A stretch of DNA of 43,452 bases from contig QPGO01000248.1 in NCBI GenBank assembly GCA_008632985.1, positions 62,001 to 105,452 of the forward strand, read 5' to 3'. Position 1 is the first letter of the stretch. Each line of letters starts with the position of its first letter. The stretch comes from Psammoneis japonica (lineage: Eukaryota). Made by a program: the position numbers and the translations under genes. Positions 1 to 9,385 of the stretch are shown here, in pieces. Under the pieces are notes generated by a model that ran no database searches, was not told the origin of the DNA, and saw nothing but the letters and a program-made list of their open reading frames with translations.

Positions 1-1640
1 CAGTGCCGCAGAGTTGCTGCCGCACAGCAGGTGGGTTCCTTGCTTGCTTCATTTGTTTGTTCCTCGGCACAGATGCCCATCTGTCTTTCCCTCGTAATTG
101 AGCAAGCATGTTTGCGTGTTGCTGTTGCTGTTGTTGTTGTTGTTCATGACATGATGCATTGCTCTTGCTGCCAATCACAAATGGTGCCACCATGGGCCAT
201 GGGCTTTCAAATCATTTGCAGCGATGGCGGCGAGACAGGACAAGAACACTTTTGGAAATTCTACACCACAGCCTTGATGCCATTTACCTTGGGAGTTCCA
301 CCAAGCGAAGCAAAGCTGTTTCTCAACGATGCCTTCGTTGGACTTTTGGAGTCCCTCCGGCCAGTCATTGAGAACATTCCTGGTGCTCTGGACCTTCAAT
401 TGATGCCTCAAGGCTGCAGGGAATGTTTCTGGTCAGCACATGACAATGCCATCAGTGTGAATGAGTGTCTCGACACACACGAACATCGCACTGTGGTCAA
501 ACTCCCTGTGGACCTAAACTGCAATTTCCTGCATGTGACTGGACATGGGTTCAACAATTTCGAAAATGGTGGACAGCTTCGATTCACGAACATTCCTCTT
601 TCCTTCAACGACTTTGGTTCGCCTCCAAATTTGCTTGCAATTCTGGACATCTGTGCATCGCCGCAGGCTGTGGCTGTGTTCAGCGGAAAACATCCTGTGA
701 ATGAACCCTCGAAGTTTAAATGGAAGAAGGCATTCAATGACCCAGCAAGTCCAGTGCCTGTTGTTTGTGACAAGACCAATTCCACTTGGGCATTCCATGC
801 AGGCTATGAAGGCCAGTCTTCTGATGACCATGATCGATCTCATTTTGCACAAATGACTGTGCCCTTTGGCGACTCGGTCGCTTGTTGCCTTCTTGTGGCC
901 ATCAAGTCCTTTGCAGAGGACAACTTTGAAGGCATCTCTCTTGACAATTGATTTGCAGCAAACTGCAGGAAGCTGTGCACAGGCTTTCTGAGCAAGTGGA
1001 CAAACTCGCCGAAACCTTGCTCCACCTTGGGCACTTTACAAACAATGATTGCGGAAGGAAGATTGACGGTGAACATGGCAGCTTTTGATTGTCATCTGTT
1101 TCAGCATCCTGACAGGTGGTTCCTGACTGAAGAGAGGCTGTTGTCTTGGCTGAGAAAGATGGTGCATTGGCAGAAAATCCAATGGCTTTTTTGCTGCAAC
1201 AAGTGAAGACATGGCACGAAGGAAATCCTGACTCCACGCGAGAAAAGGATGGAACACAGGAAGCCTGGAGCATTTTGATCAAGACGTTGGGGCCTTTTGG
1301 TCAAAAGCTGAAGTCGATTGAACTGTCTTTTGTGATGACATGAAGATTTCTGAAGATGAAGATGGCACTCTGTTTGAACTTTGGGCTCTGGCATGCCCAA
1401 TCTTGGATGACACAGTTGAGCAAGTCCAACTGTGGATCAGCACTGGTGGCCCCAGCCCGCAACCCAGTGATGACTCAGACCAGCAAACATGTGTTTTAGC
1501 AAATGCGTGATGAACAAGGTCCACAAAATTGTTTCAAGCCATCTTTCATGCCTCAACCAAGATTTCCCGTTTGCACCTGCCCACCAGTTCACCGCTGTTT
1601 CTAGGCTCTGGATGACATCCACCCGGCATGGCAGGGCAAC
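1..1640 (+). pseudogene. Degenerate ORF of unknown family inside a TpA/CpG-depleted island (probable mobile-element or captured-gene relic; truncated at window start)
   Basis: ORF 31..951 has only 2 Tyr in 306 aa but many Cys/His (e.g. RECFWSAHDNAISVNECLDTHEH). The frame stays protein-like past the TGA at 949-951 (FAANCRKLCTGFLSKW...) and, after a shift, through 1146..1343. No recognisable domain. Confidence 0.55.
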
Positions 1641-1642
1641 CG

Positions 1643-4600
1643 TTTTTTTGGCAGCCAAACCATGGCGGGGAAGTTTTTAACTCAACCACTTTTGGATTAG
1701 AGAACAGCTGAACAGTCACAAGCCTCTTGAACTTTTGCACTGTTTCCATGCCACACAGCCAAAAGGGTTTGTCACACTGTCACAGATCAATTGCAGGAAG
1801 GCTCCTGCCCATTGCTGGAGGACATTCTACCTTTGGCAACAAGATTGTCCGCTTGAAGAAATTCCAGACAGCAAACAAATTAAGTGGCTCAGCATGACAA
1901 GGTGCCACAGTGATGGCAACTTGGTGCAAGTTGTGGCAAACCCACCAGGAGGGTCTGTGTGGTGCAATTTCTGTCCAGCGCCGCAGGCTCAAACTCTTCA
2001 ACCAATTTTTTCCCACTGACTGTGTGAGGCAATCATTGAACAACAAGTCACACAATGAAGCATGAAGAGAAAAGAAGTGCCTGCTTCCCATGCAAGTCAG
2101 CGGCGTTTGTAACTTGCAAAAATTTAGATGCCTCTTGGATCCAAACTGCCCATTCTTTCGGGGAAAGATCTCCACAGTCTGCATCCTCAACTCAAACATG
2201 AAAAAAGAGTGATCATCTGCTTCATTCTGCCAGGAAGAAGAACCAGAAAAACTTCCCAAAAATGCCTCTTTCTGCCATTGGAATCATGAGCTGCAGGCAT
2301 TGGCACAGTGAGCATTGCAGCAACAACTGCAAGGACTGCCCTCAGGTTCACCACCACAGCAAGACTTGGCACCAGTCTCTGGAATGCAAATGACTGACTG
2401 GGGTGCTTGAGAAAGCACGCAGAGTGTCGTTGTTGAGACAGAGCAAAATTCTGCTCTCTCCAGAGTTGTTGGCAATCAAATTGGTGCAAGTTTCAGCACA
2501 ATCTTTGCACTCCAAAGAATGACAGAACAATGAGAGAAAAAGAAAAGAGTGCCAGCTCTGAAATGAAGCATTGGCTGAGGAGGAACATTGCACAGCTGTG
2601 GCAGAGATCAACTCACCCCAATCTTGTAAGTTGTCATGCATGGAGTCAATGAGCTCACTTGCAACAGACTGGTGGAAAGAACACAGTGCAAAAGAAGGTG
2701 CCCCTTGAATGCCCAGCATTGTTTCAGAAGAGACAAAGAGAGGACAAGTGAAGTGAAGAGTGTTTGTTGTTGGTTTGAGCCCCCCGTGTGGCATGCGCAG
2801 GGCTGTGAAATGGCAGCCAAACCATGGCAGAGGAGTTTTTAACTCAACCACTCTTGGATTGGAGAATGACCAAATGGCCAAAGGCCTGTCAAACTTCTGC
2901 ACTGTTTCCATGAGCCAAACAGCCAAAAGGGTCTGTCACACCATCACAGATCAATTGCAGCAAGGCTCCTGCCCACTGCCAGAGGGCACTCTGCCTTCAG
3001 CAACAAGGTTAGATTGTCCACTTGAAGAAATCCCAGAGACAGCAAACAAACCAAGTGGCTCAGCATGACAAGGTGCCACAGTGATGGCAATTTGGTGCAA
3101 GTTGTGGCAAACCCACCAGGAGGGTCTGCGTGGTGCAATTTCTGTCCAGTGCTGCAAGCTCAAACTCTTCAACCAATTTTCTCCTGCCAACTGCAAGAGG
3201 CAGTTGTTGAACAATGAGTCATGCAAGAAAGAGTGAGGAGAAAAGAAGTGCCTGCTTCCCAAGCAAATCAGCGGTGTTTGCAACCTGCAAAAAGTCGGAT
3301 GCCTTTTAGACCCAAACTGCCCACTCTTTTGGGGAAAGATCTCTGCAGCCTGCATCCACAGCTGAAACACGAAATGAGAGTGACCATCTGCTTCATTCTG
3401 CCAGGAAGAAGAACAAGAGAAACTTCTCAAAAATGCCTCTTTCTGCCATTGAAATTACAAGCTGCAGGCATCAGCAGAGCAAGTGTCACAGCAACAACTG
3501 CAAGGGCTGCTGTCAGGTTCGCCACAACAAGACTTGGTGCCAGCCTGTGGAGCGCAGTTGACTGGCTTGGGCGCACAAGAAAGCACGCAGAGTGATGTTG
3601 TTGAGACAGAGCGTGTTGCTGTGGTCCAGATCAACCTGCCCCAATCTTGTGAGTTGTCAAGCACAGAATTGAGGAGCTCACTTGCAACAGACTGGAAAGA
3701 ACACAGCACAAAAAAAGGTGCCCCTTGAATGCTTGATGTGTCATTTTGGAAGAGACAAAGAGAGGAACGCAGCTGAAACACGAAATGAGAGTGACCATCT
3801 GCTTCATTCTGCCAGGAAGAAGAACAAGAGAAACTTCTCAAAAATGCCTCTTTCTGCCATTGGAGTCATGAGCTGCAGGCATTGGCGCAGTGAGCATTGC
3901 AGCAACAACTGCAAGGACTGCCCTCAGGTTCACCACATCAAGACTTGGCGCCAGTCTCTGGAGTGCAAATGACTGACTGGGATGCATGAGAAAGCATGCA
4001 GAGTGATGTTGTTGAAACAGAGCATGAGTCAAGTGGGAATGTTGCATTGCTGTGGTCCACATCAACTTGCCCCAATCTTGTGAGTCGTCAAGCACGGAAT
4101 TGAGGAGCTCACTTGCAACAGACTGGAAAGAACACAGCGCAAAAGAAGGTGCCCCTTGAGGCCCTTGAGTGCTTGATGTTGTTTTGGAAGAGACAAAGAG
4201 AGGAACACAGCTGAAACACGAAATGAGAGTGATCATCTGCTTCATTCTACCAGGAAGAAGAACAAGAGAAACTTCTCAAAAATGCCTCTTTCTGCCATTG
4301 GAATCATGAGCTGCAGGCATCAGCAGAGTGAGTGTCACAGCAACAACTGCAAGGGCTGCTGTCAGGTTTGCCACAGCAAGACTTGGCATGAGCCTGTGGA
4401 GTGCAGTTGGCTGGCTGGGGCACATGAGAAAGAACGCAGAGTGTTGTGGTTGAGACAGAGCAAAAGTTCTGCTCTCTCCAGAGCTGTTGGCGATCAAACT
4501 GGCATGAGCTTTGGCACAATCTTTGCATCCCAAAGAGCCGCAGAATGATGAAAAGAAAGAAAAGAAAGCCAGCTCTGAAATGAAGCGTGAGTCAAGGAAC

Positions 4601-4790
4601 ATTGCATCGCTGTGGTCAAGATCAACTTCTTGCCCCAATCTTGTGAGTTGTCAAAATGGAATTGAGGAGCTCACCCACAACAGACTGGAAAGAACACAGC
4701 ACAAAAGAAAAGGTGCCCCCCCCCCCCTTGGATGCTTGATGTTGTTTTGGAAGAGACGAAGAGAGGACAAGTGAAGTGAGGCCCCCATGC
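1643..4790 (+). repeat. Tandem array of a degenerate coding unit: two long (~1-1.17 kb) copies plus two shorter (~0.44 and ~0.57 kb) partial copies
   Basis: Anchor CATCTGCTTCATTCT recurs at 2214, 3385, 3796 and 4234 (spacing 1171, 411, 438). GGCAGCCAAACCATGG recurs at ~1650 and ~2812. The parallel minus-strand ORFs 1780..2259 and 2951..3430 are near-identical. Confidence 0.92.
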
Positions 4791-5140
4791 GGCGTCTGTT
4801 GTGCTCTCTGCGCATGTGGTGCAGGGCCTGTGGCCATTGCACCTCTTCCACAGAGTGAAAACGACCTGCTGCTCGCATCGCGGATGTCGTTCGCATCGCG
4901 CGATCGCGCGCAGTTGTCAAAATAAGACAGCAGAAAAGCCCACAACACATAGAACACACAAAAAATGTAAAAATGATGGGAACGACGATTGGCCGAGAGA
5001 ACAGTTTCGAATGAAAGAGAACAAACTCAACTTCGCCGAACTTGCCGCCGACGCCGCCGACAAACCTCCCGCGTCCCGCGTCATCACTCTGTTTTTGAAG
5101 CTTTATTTCCTCCCACAAAAAAGGAAAAAAAACCCTATCG

Positions 5141-6226
5141 ATGCACGTCGACGCAGACAATAACAAGTCCTTGTTCATCACTGCTGTTGTGTTCCTATTG
5201 AGTTGCTGTCTTTTCTCTTCTGCTTTCAGCACTTCTGCACCTGATTCTTCAAAGCACTTCACTCTTCGTGAAACGTCAAACATGCCTCCCATTGCCGCTG
5301 CTGCTGCCGCCAAGGAAATGAGCCTACGAGCGATTTCGAAGATTCTTCCTGCTCAACCTCGCCACTGGGTAGGCGATGGCTTTCATGTCTTTCCGGTCTT
5401 TGCAAATAAAGCGTTTACGGAAGAGTTAAGTCCGTTCCTGATGTTTGACTATGCAGCTCCCAAGGATTTCCCCCCAAGCAAACACCCTCGCGGTGTAGGG
5501 CAACATCCTCACAGGGGCTTTGAGACAATCACGATTGCATTTCAGGGCGAGGTAGAGCACAAGGACTCGACTGGAAAATCTGGCGTAATTGGACCGGGCG
5601 ATGTGCAGTGGATGACAGCTGGACGAGGAATCATTCACGAGGAGTTCCACTCAAACAACTTCAGCAAGAACGGTGGGACCTTCGAGATGGCGCAGCTGTG
5701 GGTGAACTTACCAAAAGAGAAGAAAATGACCAAGCCCCGCTATCAACCAATTCTCGACTCTCAAATTCCAGTGGTTTCGCTTGCAACTGACGATGGTGCT
5801 AAAGACCCTGCTTCAGTCCGCGTCATTGCTGGTCAGTTCGAGGGTACAAAGGGTCCCGCAAAGACCTTCTCTCCGGTTGAGCTTTGGGATGTTTCGATTC
5901 CTCAAAAGGATTCTGTTGTGAGCCTCCCCATCCAAGATGGTCACACTTGTATCGTGTTTGTTCGTAGGGGCGGTATTGATGTGATTACAGACAACGGCGA
6001 CTCTACCTCCTCGTCCAAGCCCGTGGGACCCCAAGCGGTGGCACTTATGGACCAGCATGGAGACGCTGTTAGAATCAGATCTACCGAAGCTAACACGTCT
6101 ATTCTTGTGATGGGCGGCGAGCCTCTAGGCGAACCCATTGCAGCTCGCGGTCCTTTTGTAATGAATACATGGGAACAGATCCGTCAGGCGGGGGAAGATT
6201 TTCACAGTGGCAGATTCGGAACTTGA
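5141..6226 (+). CDS. Pirin family protein (bicupin, quercetin 2,3-dioxygenase-like) with possible bipartite plastid-targeting N-terminus
   Basis: Motifs WVGDGF, PFLMFDY, GVGQHPHRGFETIT, GDVQWMTAGRGIIHEE, QLWVNLP and GEPLGEPIAARGPFVMNT. Hydrophobic leader ending SSAFST. An alternative start is at 5282. Confidence 0.95.
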   Translation: MHVDADNNKSLFITAVVFLLSCCLFSSAFSTSAPDSSKHFTLRETSNMPPIAAAAAAKEMSLRAISKILPAQPRHWVGDGFHVFPVFANKAFTEELSPFLMFDYAAPKDFPPSKHPRGVGQHPHRGFETITIAFQGEVEHKDSTGKSGVIGPGDVQWMTAGRGIIHEEFHSNNFSKNGGTFEMAQLWVNLPKEKKMTKPRYQPILDSQIPVVSLATDDGAKDPASVRVIAGQFEGTKGPAKTFSPVELWDVSIPQKDSVVSLPIQDGHTCIVFVRRGGIDVITDNGDSTSSSKPVGPQAVALMDQHGDAVRIRSTEANTSILVMGGEPLGEPIAARGPFVMNTWEQIRQAGEDFHSGRFGT

Positions 6227-6299
6227 GAAAGGACACGCCATTTCAGTGTAGCATATTAGTAGTACATTCTTCACACTATTTGCTTCCATCTATTCTTTG

Positions 6300-7116
6300 T
6301 CAATCTCTCGCCGGTGTACAAATGAGAATGTCATCCCTACTGTTGCAGTCAACTCGTAGATCTGAGTCGAGATAGACAGTATCAAACCATCCGGCTCCTA
6401 CAGGAGGAATGTTGTAGCTTCCCCACTTTCCAACATCCAAATTGGCAGAAAGGAATTTGAATTCGGTTCGTTTGCCACTCATATCCGGTATCGAGAGTTC
6501 CCCCTTTACCGTAAACGCTCCACCTCTTTTGAACTCGATTACATTTTCCAGCGTGCTTCCGTCGATATTTTGCGTAATGTCCTCGCTTATTCCCCAATCT
6601 ATGAAGAAATTGATTTCCTTTTCGGTTGTCCACTCACTTCGGTATGGATACGTTCAGTTGCAAGTCGGAAGGCATTGAAAAAGAAGATGAGCAATTCTTG
6701 CTGAATTTCAACGCGTTTTGAACAGTACAGATAGAATTATGCCTGCAATCTTTCACTTACAGAAGCCAGTTCTTTTGTAATAGATCGCTAGCTGCAGTTG
6801 CGTCGGTAAGTGAAAGTGGCGCAAGTTGTTCAATTATGTTTTCAATTCGTGAGCGTTTGTCACGCTGAGTATTGCTGTCCTTGAGCCGGCATTCATTCAA
6901 GAGGCTTTCCTTAAGTTCAACTAGTTTCGATTCGGATTGCTTGGGCTCGGAGCTTGCTGCTGAGAACAGACCATCAAAGACACCCTTGACTAATGGTGTC
7001 GACAACAATGTCTGTCGCGACTCTGGCAGCAGAAGGCGCGAGAACGCGTTGGACGGAACCACAAACGAAGCCCATACCATGATTTGGAGCACGCTTTTTG
7101 AGTGGAGCCTCGACAT
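6300..7116 (-). CDS. PAP/fibrillin-domain plastid lipid-associated protein, 2 exons (7116-6761, 6636-6300)
   Basis: Signal peptide ending SNAF. IENIIEQL...LLQKNWLL|EWTTEKEINFF spliced via GTAAG...AAG. C-terminal GWFDTVYLDSDLRVDCNSRDDILI is typical of fibrillins. Confidence 0.88.
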
Positions 7117-7753
7117 GATTTACAGAAATCCCAAGCCTAAGCTATTGCAGACAAGATGTAGGGAGTTAAGAGCTAGAAACACTCAACCGGCCGCACATTG
7201 CCATCATTGTGGCGCCGCGTCGGGGGGAATTTTCAACGTTGGCGGGAAAGTGCGCGTGGCGCGGATACAGACGCACACAATATGCACACCTACCTACCCA
7301 AGATAACTCTGGCCCTACCTACAACTACAAGTCTTGATGAGAACGGCGATCATCATTTGCGAAGATAAGGTACGTATTAGACGCAGTAAACTTCTCTCTA
7401 GTACTAGCTAGAGGCCCTAGTTACTAGTCCTACAGGCCTGATAGATGAGCAAGAACTTGGGTCCATAAGGAACCTGTTACTTCAAACAGTAGACAGGCAG
7501 TCAAATTGTGGCATTAGTCTGAGAAGAACAAGTAGTGATGGTCGGCATTACATTGATTCAATCCTGTACAAGATTGCTCTTAGTAAACTTTGACTCTATG
7601 ATACTTGCATGATGATCCGGATCTCTATGGTTCATGATATGAGTTCTTGGTGAAAATGTTGCGCGTATGATGTCTTCTGTTTCGCGCTTCGTCGTTGTTC
7701 TTTTTACAATATGTGCAATTGCTGCTCTCTTTTATCCAAAATTTATGTCAAAA

Positions 7754-8597
7754 CTAGAGAATTGTGCAGCCTCCGTCTTCGCCCTCTGCGAGCAAGCCGT
7801 CATCTTTTTCGATTTCTTTGAGCAACGTGTGAAAAGCTTCTGCCACATTTTCACCCGTTTTGCTTGAGCATTCAATGTACGGGATTCCCCACGAGTCCGC
7901 TAGCTTTTGAGCGTCCTATAGAGAACACAATATCTCAAACCTTAGATGCCACACCTCAAAAACAAACTACGAATGGAAACAGCAGATAGTAACCATTCTC
8001 ATACCTGTTCACTGACTTGTCGTTGATCCTTCAAATCATTCATACTTCCAACCAACACGCGAGGCACGTCTGGTGCGTCCCCCAGAGCATTCAACAACGA
8101 CTCGTTAACCTGTACAATTCTTTCGAAAGAATGTCGAGAGACAATAGCAAAAACAAGAATGTATCCATGAACTCCGACGGATGCATTTCTTGACAGGCGA
8201 GAGTATTCGTCCTGCAGAGAAAGGCACACAAAGAAGTGAGCCCGGTCTGAACGAGAAACAAAGCGTAGCCAGTATTCTTGGGACTTACCATTCCTGCGGT
8301 ATCTACGATATCTGTTGCAAAATGGACCTTACGAAATCGAATGATTTTGTGGTGAGTGCCTTCAATCGTCGGATCATACCTGCATGTTTACAAGGAGTGA
8401 AGAGAGTTAAAATTTGTGAGCGCGTCATGGGGAGCACTAGCTAGCTGGTTACTCAAAGTTGGCTGCAAACATCAAACTCACGTTTCATCAAAAGTACCAC
8501 TGACGAACGTATTTGTTAAGGAAGTTTTCCCGACAGAACGGAAACCAAGAACGGCGACTTTTCTATGAACGAGAGTGGGGTGGTTATTGCCAGGCAT
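7754..8597 (-). CDS. RHEB: Rheb-type Ras-family small GTPase, 4 exons (8597-8482, 8379-8289, 8211-8005, 7915-7754)
   Basis: Spliced product MPGNNHPTLVHRKVAVLGFRSVGKTSLT...YDPTIE...DIVDTAGMDEYS...GVHGYILVF...IECSSKTGENV...GGCTIL*. The Arg in G1 (GFRSVGKT) is Rheb-diagnostic; C-terminal CaaX; all introns GT-AG. Confidence 0.93.
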
Positions 8598-9385
8598 GAC
8601 TGATGACTGACACTTGACTGACACGCAAACCCTACAGTTCCAGACGACCACTGGTGCGCTTCACCTGTTCGTCGGATCTAAGGAAAAAGACTTCTACAAT
8701 TAGAATCGTCGACCTAACTTCACGCAACCTGACTCGTCAATGAAAGCCTTGCATTCCAACAGTGTACGTTCCTTGCATCCCCGCAATCTCGACATCAACC
8801 ACCAATCACAATACCGGTACATTATGCCGTGGATCGGCGAACAGCGGCGGAACAGCACGAGTCGATCTTCCCGAAGCAAGCTGTCGTGGACATGCGCCAC
8901 GCAAGTCGCAGTGACATCCGTCGTTAAATAGAAATGTATTTGCATCATGTAAGACCTTAATCTAGAAACACGTAATCATAATTAAAAAGCGCGAACAAGA
9001 ACAAGCAGAGAAACCCGATTTCTTCTCTATTTCCGATACTGGCGTAATATTCTGTAACATGCCAATCAATCAGCTGGTTCTGTATTGAACGATGGACGGA
9101 CGCAGCGGATAACGACTTGATTGGCGCGGCGATGGCCTATTGGCGGGCGGGCATGGCTGGGCTACCTAGTAAGTACCGAGCTAACCTTACTCTCTACTCT
9201 AGCGCTCTACCGTACTCCTAGAGTAGAGCAAGCTGGAGAGGAGGAGCTCTGTACTCTAAAGCAAGGAGAGATGAAAGAAAAGCTAGTGAAAATGAGCACA
9301 TATGCCCTAGCGGGCCTACGAGAGAGATTGCTGCAGCATACTTTCGCGACTCTACGTCCTCTCTATCAGTAGATTGCTTTTCTTC

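Noticed and set aside
2200..4790. Repeat array as a CRISPR-like locus
   Set aside because: Units are 0.4-1.2 kb and homologous throughout, with no short repeat/unique spacer pattern and no cas genes; the context is eukaryotic.
4779..4835. Possible Helitron 3' hairpin or terminal inverted repeat (GCCCCC...GCAGGGCCTGTG)
   Set aside because: Pairing is weak, there is no clear CTRR end, and the other terminus is outside the window, so the element class cannot be assigned.
159..4957. Dozens of overlapping 60-220 aa ORFs on both strands
   Set aside because: Artefact of TpA loss: without TAA/TAG, stops are rare in all frames. The products are Cys/His/Trp-skewed with no domains.
8700..9372. ORFs 8700..8948, 8740..8931 and 9121..9372
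   Set aside because: No motifs or convincing splice structure; the region looks like intergenic or promoter DNA with CCAAT/ATTGG boxes.
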